Source: Chiloscyllium plagiosum (taxonomy: Eukaryota). From it: a stretch of DNA of 51,025 bases. The position numbers and the translations under genes are program-made. Below, one piece after another: positions 1 to 12,234 of the stretch; position 1 is the stretch's first letter; every line of letters begins with the position of its first letter. Location: positions 69,851,402 to 69,902,426 of the forward strand of contig NC_057718.1 of assembly GCF_004010195.1 (NCBI RefSeq). Reading direction: 5' to 3'. Under the pieces are notes generated by a model. That model had not been told where the DNA came from. It did no database searches and was given only the letters and a program-made list of their open reading frames with translations.

Positions 1-1005
1 TGGAGTGCCGTCACTCGCGGTGTTCCGCAAGGATCTGTTTTGGGACCATTGCTGTTTGTCATTTTTATAAATGACCTGGAAGAGGGGTTAGAAGGTTGGG
101 TGAGCAAGTTTGCGGATGATACGAAAGTCGGTGGAGTTGTTGACAGTGAGGAAGGATTTGGCAGGTTACAGCGGGATATAGATAAGCTGCAGAACTGGGC
201 AGAAAGGTGGCAAATGGAGTTCAATGTAGCTAATTGTGAGGTGATTCACTTTGGTAAGAGTAACAAAAAGATGGGGTACTGGGCTAATGGTCGGATACTT
301 GGTAGTGTGGATGAGCAGAGGGATTTTGGTGTCCATGTACACAGATCTTTGAAAGTTGCCACCCAGGTAAATAGTGCGGTGAGGAAGGCATATGGCGTAC
401 TGGCTTTTATTGGTAGAGGAATTGAGTTCCGGAGTACTGAGGTCATGTTGCAGTTGTATAAGACTCTGGTGCGGTCGCATCTGGAGTATTGTGTGCAGTT
501 TTGGTCGCCATACTATAGGAAGGATGTGGTGGCACTGGAACGGGTGCAGAGGAGGTTTACCAGGATGTTGCCTGGTATGGTAGGAAGATTGTGTGAGGAA
601 AGGCTGAGGCACTTGGGGTTGTTTTCATTGGAGAAAAGAAGGTGTAGGGGTTACTTGATAGAGGTGTACAAGATGATTAGGGGTTTAGATAGGGTTGACA
701 GTGAGAATCTTTTTCGACGTATGGAGTCAGCTATTACGAGGGGGCATAGCTTTAAATTAAGGGTTGGTAGGTATAGGACAGATGTTAGGGGTAGGTTCTT
801 TACTCAGCGAGTTGTGAGTTCATGGAATGCCCTGCCAGTAGCAGTGGTGGACTCTCCCTCATTATGGGCATTTAAGCGGGCATTGAATAGGCATATGGAG
901 GATAGTGGGCTAGTGTAGGTTAGGTGGGCTTGGATCGGCGCAACATCGAGGGCCGAAGGGCCTGTACTGCGCTGTATTCTTCTATGTTCTATGTTCTATG
1001 TTCTA
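1..1005 (+). mobile_element. CR1 LINE, 3' part of ORF2 (reverse transcriptase C-terminal half), 3' UTR and tail; young subfamily
   Basis: ORF 40..918 contains GPLLFVIFIND, KFADDTK, LYKTLVRSHLEYCVQFWSP and FFTQRVV; ends in a (TTCTATG)n tail at about 980-1005. Confidence 0.96.
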
Positions 1006-1324
1006 ATTGGTACCAAGGGATATGTTGAAGGGTCTTTGTCTACAAGGCCTGGCACATGAGCCTGTGGGACAGATTGAGCAATTCGATTTGCTTCAGAAGG
1101 GATGTCTGTGTTGAAAAAGAATGCCTTTATGCTAAATTCACAATAAAATATTGTAAAAATTCAAAATCTCACTGCGTCAAATAATTAAAGTTGTCTTTCT
1201 TCAGGTAGGAGAGACCTTTCTGGCACTTTGATCAGCGTATGGATGCACTTCTATTTCTAGTTGCCAAATCTCCAAATAGGCATAACCGTATTGGAAGTGT
1301 TTCTCTTCATTCAGACCCTCTCTA

Positions 1325-1660
1325 AAATGATAGGGTGAATAGCCAAGGTCTTTTTCCCAGGATGAGAGGGTCCCAAACGAGAAGACATAGGTTTAAGGTG
1401 AGAGGGGAAGACTTAAAATAACCTGAGGGGTCACTTTTTCATGCAGAAGATGGTGCAAGAAAGGGAGGAGCTGTCAAAGGAAATGATGGTAGAGGCTAGT
1501 TTAAAAGGCATTTGGTTGGGTATTTAAATATGAAGAGTTTAGAGGGATATGGACCAAGTGTTGGCAAATGGGACTAGATTAATTTAGGATATCTGGTCGG
1601 CATGGACAAGTTGGATCGAAGGGTCTGTTTCCGTGTTGTACATCTCTCTGACTACGATTC
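1325..1660 (+). mobile_element. CR1 LINE 3' fragment, degenerate
   Basis: GATAGGGTGAATAGCCAAGGTCTTTTTCCCAGG and GGTTTAAGGTGAGAGGGG match the CR1 C-terminus; 3' UTR GAAGGGTCTGTTTCCGTGTTGTA. Confidence 0.85.
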
Positions 1661-2209
1661 AGGTGAAGGATCAGCTTAATTAAGAACCAGCTGAAACAGG
1701 ATCCTCACTAAAAATGAGTCAGATAGTCCTTTTGTGTTAGGAACATATAAATCTAGTCAAGGGCTCTTACAGTGCAGTGATAGTTGCCCTCCCTCTTGAT
1801 CAGATCCCGGTTCTAGTTCCACCTGCTCTAGAGATGTATTATAACATCTCCAAACATGTTGATTAGAAGTTTCTAAACGATTAACCAACTTTGTGCATCT
1901 TAGCACTTGAGCACAAGTTAAAATAGTGTTGGATTAAATTCTTCAGGGAGTTAATCAGAGAAAGGGAAAGAGGAGTTTTGTTGCTTTTGCCTAATTTTTT
2001 ACAGTCTTCATGAATTGATTTTTACTCTGCTACAGGAGGAGAAGTTGGTTAATTGGTAATCTAGTAAAGTTTATTCTATTCCTCTGGTTCAAAATAGTGT
2101 AGTAGCTGATTGCAAGGTAAATAAAATAACAAAATAAAAAATCACCAAATATAAGGTTGAACTCAATAATTAATTAGTTTCTTCAAACATATTAAGGATA
2201 GTAGGAGAA

Positions 2210-2550
2210 GCGATGTATGACAAAGGTGGTACTGGAAGCTCCTGGATATCTGTTTGGTCCAGACTGAATATGTCTATAGCAAGTGTCTGTAGTTTGAGAA
2301 AATATAGTAAGGTGAATTGACATTATTCTTTGCAGCAAAGAGGGTGAGCCCAGACAGCTATGTTGCCTGCCCAGCTGAACAGGAAATGGACATGAATGGG
2401 AAGAATCCAGTCATCTAGGTACCAGTGACTTAGGCAGGACTGAAATGGAGATTCTGCAAAATCTGTATGAGGGGTTATTTCTAGGTGGTGAATTAAGAAG
2501 CAGAGGCTTAAAGGTCATATTCTCTGATTATTGATTCAGTCACATGTAAG
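2210..2550 (+). mobile_element. CR1 ORF1 (SGNH-esterase-like) remnant
   Basis: Decayed translation GTSDLGRTEMEILQ...LRSRGLKVIFS resembles the GTNDxG block of CR1 ORF1. Confidence 0.55.
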
Positions 2551-2650
2551 GAAGAGAAAGTGAGGACTGCAGATGCTGGAGATCAGAGCTTAAAAATGTG
2601 TTGCTGGAAAAGCGCAGCAGGTCAGGCAGCATCAAAGGAACAGGAGAATC

Positions 2651-2678
2651 GACGTTTCAGGCATAAGCCCTTCTTCAG
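2651..2678 (-). ncRNA. Minimal hammerhead ribozyme core
   Basis: Minus strand CTGAAGA-A-GGGC-TTAT-GCCT-GAAACGTC. Confidence 0.65.
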
Positions 2679-2923
2679 GAATGAGGAGGGTGTGCCAAGC
2701 AAGCTAAGATAAAAGGTAGGGAGGAGGGACTTGGGGGAGGGGCGTTGGGAATATGATAGGTGGAAGGAGGTTAAGGTGAGGGTGATAGGCCGGAGAGGGG
2801 GTGGGGGTGGAGAGGTTGGGAAGAAGATTGCAGGTCTTCCACCTATCGCATTCCCAACACCCCTCCCCCAAGTCTCTCCTCCCTACCTTTTATCTTAGCC
2901 TGCTTGGCACACCCTCCTCATTC

Positions 2924-2951
2924 CTGAAGAAGGGCTTATGCCCGAAACGTC
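2924..2951 (+). ncRNA. Minimal hammerhead ribozyme core
   Basis: CTGAAGA-A-GGGC-TTAT-GCCC-GAAACGTC: CUGANGA, stem II, GAAA, palindromic ACGU, GUC triplet. Confidence 0.7.
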
Positions 2952-2988
2952 GATTCTCCTTCTCCTTTGATGCTGCCTGACCTGCTGC

Positions 2989-3809
2989 NNNNNNNNNNNN
3001 NNNNNNNNNNNNNNNNNNNNNNNNNNNNNNNNNNNNNNNNNNNNNNNNNNNNNNNNNNNNNNNNNNNNNNNNNNNNNNNNNNNNNNNNNNNNNNNNNNNN
3101 NNNNNNNNNNNNNNNNNNNNNNNNNNNNNNNNNNNNNNNNNNNNNNNNNNNNNNNNNNNNNNNNNNNNNNNNNNNNNNNNNNNNNNNNNNNNNNNNNNNN
3201 NNNNNNNNNNNNNNNNNNNNNNNNNNNNNNNNNNNNNNNNNNNNNNNNNNNNNNNNNNNNNNNNNNNNNNNNNNNNNNNNNNNNNNNNNNNNNNNNNNNN
3301 NNNNNNNNNNNNNNNNNNNNNNNNNNNNNNNNNNNNNNNNNNNNNNNNNNNNNNNNNNNNNNNNNNNNNNNNNNNNNNNNNNNNNNNNNNNNNNNNNNNN
3401 NNNNNNNNNNNNNNNNNNNNNNNNNNNNNNNNNNNNNNNNNNNNNNNNNNNNNNNNNNNNNNNNNNNNNNNNNNNNNNNNNNNNNNNNNNNNNNNNNNNN
3501 NNNNNNNNNNNNNNNNNNNNNNNNNNNNNNNNNNNNNNNNNNNNNNNNNNNNNNNNNNNNNNNNNNNNNNNNNNNNNNNNNNNNNNNNNNNNNNNNNNNN
3601 NNNNNNNNNNNNNNNNNNNNNNNNNNNNNNNNNNNNNNNNNNNNNNNNNNNNNNNNNNNNNNNNNNNNNNNNNNNNNNNNNNNNNNNNNNNNNNNNNNNN
3701 NNNNNNNNNNNNNNNNNNNNNNNNNNNNNNNNNNNNNNNNNNNNNNNNNNNNNNNNNNNNNNNNNNNNNNNNNNNNNNNNNNNNNNNNNNNNNNNNNNNN
3801 NNNNNNNNN
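2989..3809. other. Assembly gap
   Basis: Run of N. Confidence 1.
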
Positions 3810-3855
3810 TCCCGCACCCCGCCCCCCCCACCTTTTATCCACACCAGCCTCATTC

Positions 3856-3883
3856 CTGAAGAAGGGCTTATGCCTGAAACGTC
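3856..3883 (+). ncRNA. Minimal hammerhead ribozyme core
   Basis: CTGAAGA-A-GGGC-TTAT-GCCT-GAAACGTC. Confidence 0.65.
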
Positions 3884-3984
3884 GATTCTCCTGCTCCTCG
3901 GATGATGCCTGGCCTGCTGAGCTTTTCCAGCACCACACTTTTCAACTCTGGTCTCCAGCATCAGCAGTCCTCACTTTCTCTTAG

Positions 3985-4260
3985 CTGCACTGGAACTGAC
4001 AAAGACTGTATCGAAACTATCAACGATTCTGCAATGATTGCAATAAACAAACCATGTTATAAAAACAATAATCTCATCACTGACCTATTGTATCACAAGA
4101 CGTATAAAAGTATCTTGACGTGTGCTCCAGGTCGAGAGAAGACTCTCAACTGACCACTGTGCTGTTGGTGTCTTTCTCTCCATGGATTTCCTTGTACGAT
4201 AAACTCAGTCATTGAACCCCGATTCTGTGTGTTTTTCCCCACAAAAGATTATTATAACTT
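3985..4260 (+). mobile_element. Possible LTR fragment (U3-R-U5-like)
   Basis: TATAAAA at about 4103 followed by R/U5-like sequence and GATAAA near 4198; no coding support. Confidence 0.35.
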
Positions 4261-4304
4261 TGATGTTGTCAGCAGAATGGTACCTATCTCGGTTACTCTA
4301 CATT

Positions 4305-7300
4305 TTAGAATCTTAGAATGCAGCACAGAATGAGGCTAATTTGGCCCATCTTGTGCTCAGTGCTGACCCAATGATTCCCTGATGCCCTTTCTAAACTGAC
4401 TTTCCTGCACATGGCCCATAGCCCTGAAGCTACAGCACTTAAGGTGCATATCCTGGTACTTTTTTAAAAAAGTTTAGGATTGCTACTTCCACCACCAATT
4501 TCAGCAGCTAATTCCAGACACCCACCACACTCTGCATAAAAATATTTCCCTCGCGTCCCCTCTAATCTTTCTGCCACCTAGCTTAAATCTATGGCCCCTG
4601 GTTTTTGAATTCTCTGCCAAGGGAAACAAGTTTCTCCTGACTACTTTACCTCTATCTCTCCCAAATTTGTATACTTCAGTTATGTCATCTAGCTTCTTTG
4701 TTCCAAGAAAAACAATCCCAACCTCTCCAATCTCACCTCATAGTCATAATTCTCCAGCCCTGCCAATGTTCTAGTAAATTTTTTCTGCACTCTCTCCAGA
4801 CCATTAATGTCCTTTCCCTGATGTGGTGACCAGAACTGCACACAATGCTCCAGTTGTGGCCTCACCAGTATCATACAGTTTTATCATTATATCCCTATTT
4901 TTACATTTTATACTCTGCCAATGAAGAAGAGCATTCGTATTTATTCTTTACACACTTATTTACTTCTAGAGACCTGAACACTTGCATGCCAAGATCTCTC
5001 ACTTCCCTACCCCTCTCAGTATATTTTTGTTTATTGTGTATTCTTTTTTACTGTTTGACCTCCCTAAATGCATTACCTCACAAGTCAGAATTGAACTGCA
5101 TCTGCCACTTTCCTGCCCATTACACCAACCTATCTATGTTATTTGGAGCTTACAGTCACCTCCACACCATCCATTATATGGTCAATTTTTGTGTCGTTTG
5201 TAAATTTCCCAATTGTATCTCCTGCCATGTTCAAGTCCAAATCGTTAACATATAAAAGAAACAGCAGAGGTCCCAACAATGAGCCCTGCAGAACACCACT
5301 TGGAACAGCTTTACAGTTGCAAGGGCAACCACTGACCACTACCCTTTGTTTCCTGCCACCAAGCCAACTTTCGATCTAATTTGACACATTACCCTGTAAC
5401 TCCTGGGCTTTTACTTTTTTGATCAGTCTGTCCTGTGGGACATTGTCAAATGTCTTACCAAAATCCATGTAGACAACATTTACTGCGCTACCCTCATCAA
5501 AAAAGGAAGTGACAAGGAAGACAAATCAAATTTGTAAGGCATGACCTTCACATAACAAAGCCATGCTGACTATCCATGACTAGTCCATGCCTTTTTAAGT
5601 AACAGCTTATCTGATCTTCAGGATTGATTCTAACAATTTGCCCACCACTGAAGTAAGACGAACTGACCTATAATTGTTTGGCATTTCCTTTGTATTCTTT
5701 TTAAACAAATGAAACCACATTTGCATTTCTCCAGTCCTCCAGCACCTTGCCTGTATGGAGTGAAGGTTGGAAAATAACCCTCAGAGCATTCGGTACTTCC
5801 TCCCTGACCTCCTCAACATCCTGGGAACGATAACCTGGTATTATGGGGTGGGGGGGGGGGGTGGGGGGTTGGCGGCACAGTGGCTCAGTGGTTAGCAGTG
5901 CTGCCTCACAGCACCAGGGTCACAGGTTCAATTCCAGCATCAGGTGACTGTCTGTGTGGAGTTTGCACATTCACCCCGTGTCTGTGTGGGTTTCCTCCGA
6001 TTTCCTCCCACAGTCACAAAGATGTGCAGGTTAGGTGAATTGGCCATGCTAAACTGCCCATAGTGCTAGGTGCATTAGTCAGAGGGAAATTGATCTGGGT
6101 GGGTTACTCTTTGGAGGGTCGGTGTGGACTTGTTGGGCCGAAGGGCCTGCTTCCACACTGTAGGGAATCATCTAAAAAATTCATCTGACCCTGACTACTT
6201 GTCTACTTTCAAGGATTCCAATTCCTCTTACACTTCCTCTCTCATTATGACTATTTTAATCAATATTTCAACTCCTTCTCTTGAATTACTGTATCCACAT
6301 AATCCCTTTCCTTTGTGAATACAGAGACTAAAGAAAATTAAATTCTTCCTATATCCTCTGCATCTTCTCACCAGTTCCCTTCTTCATCTCTGATAGATCC
6401 ATTTTTTTCCCTTAACTATCTTTTTGCTCTTTATATACTGATGAAACAATTTTGGCTTTTCCTTTATCTTGCTTGATAATATTTTTTCATATCCTTTTTG
6501 ATTTCCTTATTCCTTTCTTTATTTGATCTCTTTACTTTCTATACTCTTCTAGGCTATCTGCAATGTTGAGCTTTTTGTGACTATCATAAGCTTTCTTTTT
6601 CTATTTAATCTTCTCCTGTATTTTTCTAGATAACCATGGGGTCTAGATTTGGCAGAACCATTCTTATTTTTGGAAGGAAAATGTCTGCTTTGTGCTCTAA
6701 GGACCTCACGTTTCAGTGCCTCCCACTGGGTTTGTTACTGGTTTATCCTTTAGTAGGCCTATTCAGTCCTCTTCAGCAAATCAGTTCTCAGTTTTGTAAA
6801 ATTTGCCTTCCCCAGTTACAAACTTTTACTCCTGATTTATCTTAATCCTCTTCTATAATAATACTAAATCTAATCTCATTGTGGTCACTATCCCCAATTG
6901 GTTGCCGACTGTCAGTTCTCCCACTTACCCATCTTCATTTCCCATAATCAATCCAGAATTGTATTTCTTCTCACTGGGTTATGACATTTTTTAAACAAAA
7001 AATTACTGGACACAGTACATGAATTTTTCACCCTCAATTTCTCTTATATTATTTGAAACCCAGTTGATATTGGAATAGTTAAAGTCTCTTTATTGCCATT
7101 ATTATTGCCCTTTTACTCCTACAGGCAGAAATTGGTCTGCATATACATTCTTCTATCTCTCTCTCTCACTATTGGGATCTGTAGTATACTCCTAGTAGTA
7201 CGGTTGCCACCTTTTTAATCCTAATCTTAACCCTTAAAGCTTCATTTGTTAACTTGTTTGATGTATCATCCCTTCTCACAACTGTAATTGATTTCTTAAC

Positions 7301-7500
7301 CAATGTTGCTATCCTCTCTATTTTTTTGTCACTCATTCCATGCTGGTTAAAAATGCAAGGATGTTGAGCTGCCAATTTTGCCCTCCTGTAATTAAATTTC
7401 CATTATAGCAACAACATCCCACTACCATGTATCTGTCTGCACCCGTAACTCATTTGGCTTGTTTGTAATACTTATTGCATTGAAGATAAACTGTTCAACC
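4305..7500 (-). mobile_element. Old CR1 LINE (endonuclease to RT to 3' end), interrupted by a SINE at 5871-6179
   Basis: Minus-strand fragments LVRPQLEHCVQFWSP, SGVLQGSLLGPLLFLLYVND, KFTNDTK and LLGVYYR. Confidence 0.9.
5871..6179 (+). mobile_element. tRNA-derived SINE (HE1-like)
   Basis: A box TGGCTCAGTGG (5881), B box GGTTCAATTCC (about 5925); 3' end GGGCCGAAGGGCCTG shared with the CR1 3' UTR at about 950. Confidence 0.9.
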
Positions 7501-8087
7501 CCATCGATTTGCTAGTAGGGTGACAAAACCTCTGGAAATGAATCTTCTAGCTCAGCGAGCAAACCTACACCCAGTAATGAGACAGCGAGATAGAAAACAT
7601 ATATGTAGACAAATTTCTGTCTGTGGAAATAAGAGGGCAATAATATGAGGAGACTGAAATAACTGCATAGAAGTTTGTATCCCATCACCAAATCAACAGT
7701 TACATTGAGTTACAGTAAATAACAACAATCGGTGTACAACAGAGAAATAGAGATGCCAATATAGGACAGACTGAATCTCATTGTAAACAATAATGAAAGC
7801 ATTATATAAAACAGAACAAAATCGTTACACAGGTCATTTTTTCCTATTAGAAAAAGTACTCTAAAAAAACAAAATATCTTGCATAAAAAGGGAACAACAT
7901 TCCCCAGAGATGACATAAAGTGCACCATAAGATCATATCTCACCTTGAATGGTAATACAAAACAGTGAAAACAAAACACATACAACCCACAGGGCTGGCT
8001 CCCTGCTGCCTGACACACCGCCCAGCTCTCAGCGACCCTATGCACCAATTGGCCCTTGGTTGGCCTTCCAGCCATTTGTCACACTAC

Positions 8088-8587
8088 NNNNNNNNNNNNN
8101 NNNNNNNNNNNNNNNNNNNNNNNNNNNNNNNNNNNNNNNNNNNNNNNNNNNNNNNNNNNNNNNNNNNNNNNNNNNNNNNNNNNNNNNNNNNNNNNNNNNN
8201 NNNNNNNNNNNNNNNNNNNNNNNNNNNNNNNNNNNNNNNNNNNNNNNNNNNNNNNNNNNNNNNNNNNNNNNNNNNNNNNNNNNNNNNNNNNNNNNNNNNN
8301 NNNNNNNNNNNNNNNNNNNNNNNNNNNNNNNNNNNNNNNNNNNNNNNNNNNNNNNNNNNNNNNNNNNNNNNNNNNNNNNNNNNNNNNNNNNNNNNNNNNN
8401 NNNNNNNNNNNNNNNNNNNNNNNNNNNNNNNNNNNNNNNNNNNNNNNNNNNNNNNNNNNNNNNNNNNNNNNNNNNNNNNNNNNNNNNNNNNNNNNNNNNN
8501 NNNNNNNNNNNNNNNNNNNNNNNNNNNNNNNNNNNNNNNNNNNNNNNNNNNNNNNNNNNNNNNNNNNNNNNNNNNNNNNNNNNNNNN
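8088..8587. other. Assembly gap
   Basis: Run of N (500 bp). Confidence 1.
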
Positions 8588-9524
8588 GGCATTACCGGTG
8601 GAAGTATCTGCCAGTGGGAGGCAGCTCAAGGCATCCTTATTAGTCACTTGGCTTCCTGGATGGTGTTCTAAGTACATGCTGAGAATATGGTCCCAATACT
8701 GAATTTTACTGAAGCAATGGGTGGCCACCACCTTGTCTTCTTTCAGTACCCCTAGCAAGGGTTTGTGATCTCTTACTATGACAAATTCCCATCTGCAAAA
8801 GGAACTTGGGGAACATCTTCACACCAAAGATGATTGCCAAACCTTCCTTCTCTATCTGGGCATAGTTTGCATTCAGCATCAGCCAAAGTCCAGGTAGCAT
8901 ACACTATTGGGAATTCCTCTCCATTTGGTGAGGCAATGCTACCCTGGTACCTTACGGGGGAGAGGGTGGGCATCACATGTCAGCAATTCCTCTGACTTTG
9001 AATTGTAGTGCGCCAACATCTTAGATGACAATAGCTACTGTTTCACTTCAATAAAGGCTATCCGACCATTTCCAAGGCTCACCCTTTTTCAATAGCAGGT
9101 GTAAGGGTGCCAAGATGAATGTCAGGTTACGTATGAATTTTCCATAACTCACTAACCCAAGAAAAGACCGAAGCACCAATACAGACAAGGGAGCCGGTCT
9201 CCTTTGATCCCCCTCATTTTCTCTTCCAACGGGTGTAACCCGGTTTTGTCACCTCTGTAAACCCAAGTAAGTCACTTTGGGTGCCGAGAACAGACATTTT
9301 TTTCCCTTCTAAAGTGTACGCCTGCCTGGGTGAAACATTTAAGCACAATGTCCAAGTTCTCCAAGTGCTCTAAATTGGTCTTCCTTGTTATTAGTACGTT
9401 GCCCAGATAACTTGCAACGTAGGTAGCCCTTGTAAAATGTTTTCCATGTCCCATTGGAAAAGCATGCAAGCTGATGATACCCCAACTGGCAGTCTTGTAT
9501 ATTAATATAAACCCTCATGTGTAA

Positions 9525-10342
9525 TGTTACAACACAGAGGTCGAACCCCTGTGTCAATTAAAACCAAATACCCAGAAAAGCTCAACTTGCCTTGTAATCT
9601 GTTAAACTGCGAGTGACAGAGCACTCCTACTTTCCACTATATAAAGATAAACAGTTTATTTTCCTAACTCTAATAGTGAACACTAAACAAAAACTATTCA
9701 CAAATCCAAGCCCCCTTTTACTTAAATACTTACTATCTGATCCCAACTCTATAAAAATGCTGTTCTAAAAGCAGACTTATTAAGCATTACATTTAATGAA
9801 GTCCACACAATCTCTATCTTCTCCGCTGTCTTCAATATTTCATCTGCTGTTCCTGGTCCATCTTCTTTCATTTACTGCAAGTATATTTTACTTGAAAAGA
9901 TACCTTTGATAGAGCATGTCTCCTAATTTCTTTGAGAGCAAGATTTTCGATGGGCAGTTAGCTTTCTGGCTCGACAGCAGTTCCTTGGCTGATCGATGGC
10001 AGTTGTCTCTCTAATTTTCAAAATGCCAGCTTTATATATCCCCCATGACACATTAAATTCATATAATTTGATTTGTTTCCAGGTGTCAAAACAATAAAAT
10101 TCAAATTCCATTGGCTTTTGATATCCTGGGCATAACTTAAACTAATTGGTTAAATTTGAATTGTTGTCAAAACTGCAACCAAAACTCAGGTATCCATTTA
10201 ACAGTCAATGCTTACATGTATCTGTTTTGGAACAGCTTATCTCCTAGCCTTTCCATTCAGGCAGCTGAGCCTGCACTTTAAGCTTACTTCAATAATCAGA
10301 AAAAACTTTAAAATGAACATATATGCTGTCGACTTCATAACA
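9525..10342 (-). mobile_element. Solo LTR inserted into the Gypsy RT
   Basis: Termini TGTTA...TAACA; minus-strand TATA-like (about 10031) and AATAAA (about 9655); removal roughly rejoins the RT motif TTIN...HEGLY*YTRLPVG. Confidence 0.75.
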
Positions 10343-12006
10343 TTATTAATTGTAGTGTACTTCTGGGACTCCTCCTCCAGTTGAAACTGCAGGTAGGCTT
10401 GGCCCATGTCAAGCTTCATAAAGGATAATGCCCCCCGCTAACTGTGTGTACAAGTCCTCTATGTGAGGGATTGTGTATTTACCCAACTGTGAGATGCAGT
10501 TTACTGTTTGCTTAAAATCCCTATAAAGGCGAACTAAGCCATGAGACTTCACAATCGAATGAGTGATTCTGCAAACTGCACTAGTTTGATGATTCCTTCA
10601 TTCGCTAGCCTCCTGTTTTCTGGCTCTACTTTTTGCCCACATGGCAAATGGCACCAGGTGGGCCTTGCAAAATCTTGGACTTGCTTTCTGGTCAACATGT
10701 AGTTTGCTTTGGCCCCTTTGATAGTCCCAAGCTCTTCCTGAAATAGTCCTAGGTATTTCACTTGGACCTCTCTGAGTCAGCCATTTTGTAGTCAGAAAAT
10801 GTTGAGCCAATCTAGGTGAATCTTTCGCAACCAAATCCACACAAATAGACTTGTGTACGAGCCTTTTACTACCTTCCGTGGTAATTGCACCAACTGCTTC
10901 TCATAGGAGACCAGAACCAAAGTCATACTCTTAATCTGCAACAGTTCCCCAGTGTACGTTCTCAGTCTCATTGAGGTCTAATGAAAACACAAGAGTTGGA
11001 GTCCTAAGCGAATCTTGTTAGAGACGGACTTTACAATCACAGATACAGCTGCAATGGTATCAACTTCCATAGGAACTGGATGACCATTTAACCAAACATT
11101 AATTTTAATCGGAACTGATTGGATGTCACTAAGCAATTTAATTGCTCCACCCACATGTAGGGGGACTTTCCAGGGTGCGCACTGTCCTGGATACTGACCT
11201 ACAAGCTTTCTTACTAAAGTCAGGCCTTGTAGGACTCCTTTGCTGTCTCAAATTCCATTCCAACAGCAACTACAATGGCTTGCCGGCCCAGATACTGAAG
11301 AATCTTTTAGCCACTTGGCCGAGGCTCAGCTTTGTTGTGGGGCTCTGCTGTGGGCTGGCCTAGGGTCCCTCTGCTCAGCACATGCCCTGCGTGAGGCTCC
11401 ACAATTGCTTATGCTCAAGTGGTGTTCCCCAAGCTCAATCAATCAGGTGAGGATATCCACTTCCATTGGGATACCCTGTAGCTCCCATGCTCCACTTGCT
11501 GAATTTTCTAATGCCACTTGCAGTTGTAGTGTCTGTTTAAAGTCCAGTTGGCTTCAGCTAGTGGGCACTTCTGCCTGGTTATGTCATTAATCCCACATAC
11601 CAAACAGTCTCTCAGCATCTCATTCAGGGTTAACCCAAAATCACATGCATCTGCCAGTCGCCTCAACCTCGTCAAAAATCCTGATATGGATTCCCCCGGT
11701 TCTCTGATAGCTGAATAAAACCAAGAATGGCTCAGAATTAGAGGGGGTTGGGAAAATTAAGCCCATTATAACTGAAAATGCTGTGGGTCTGCAAACAGTC
11801 AGAGGGATTACTCATTGCTTTTCATTTGCCCCAATGTTGCTTGTCCAGAAAAAAAGTCACATTCTTTCTACACACTGGGCCCAGTCTTTTCAGCAGGGTC
11901 AAATTAGTCAAGCTTCCCAAATAAAGACATGATGCCAGAGATGTTTACCCCAACTCCAAGATGACTATCAAGCAAATGATCTTCAGGCATGTCTTGTTTT
12001 TTTTCT

Positions 12007-12016
12007 CTCATCACCA
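12007..12016 (-). promoter_or_regulatory. Primer-binding site, probably tRNA-Ser type
   Basis: TGGTGATGAG one base after the LTR end; equals TGGCGACGAG with two CpG transitions. Confidence 0.65.
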
Positions 12017-12017
12017 C

Positions 12018-12234
12018 TGAAATAACTGCACAGAGGCCAGTATTCCATCACCAAGCTTCCCTTTATTTACATGTGCACAGGACACTGGCTGGGGCCAGCC
12101 AGCTCTGAGTCAGTCACCTGAACTGAGCAGAGTCTAATCTCCTGTTATATATTAGTCAACCAGGGCGTTCTTGACTAACAACTCTAATCAGTGACCTCGT
12201 AGTCAATGAGGCCAATCTGGTTCCAGTCACTACA
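12018..12234 (-). mobile_element. 5' LTR of the Mag-like Gypsy element
   Basis: Minus strand TGTAGTGAC...GTTATTTCA, contains AATAAA, followed by PBS and gag; homologous to 48102-48319. Confidence 0.88.

Larger units (their letters stand above)
2552..3982. mobile_element. Penelope-related fold-back element(s) with hammerhead cores, spanning an assembly gap
   Basis: Inverted termini GAGAAAGTGAGGACTGC (2554) and GCAGTCCTCACTTTCTC (3980); internal inverted repeat about 2614-2766 versus 2836-2988. Confidence 0.75.
8588..12017 (-). mobile_element. Decayed Ty3/Gypsy (Mag-like) internal region: gag, protease, RT, RNase H
   Basis: gag ESISGFLTRLRRLADACDFG...LRDCLVCGIND (about 11585-11695); protease MEVDTIAAVSVI (about 11035-11070); RT KLDMGQAYLQ...KYTTIN; RNase H YAQIEKEGLAIIFGVK. 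Confidence 0.92.

Noticed and set aside
166..612. Recurrent antisense ORFs (also 38882-39196, 46534-46938)
   Set aside because: Shadow frames of CR1 RT that recur only because the element is repeated
40..918. 292-aa ORF as a host gene
   Set aside because: It is CR1 ORF2, followed by a CR1 UTR and tail, with near-identical copies at 38636-39247 and 40419-41036
5871..5945. tRNA gene
   Set aside because: The A/B boxes belong to a SINE head that continues into SINE body and tail; no complete cloverleaf
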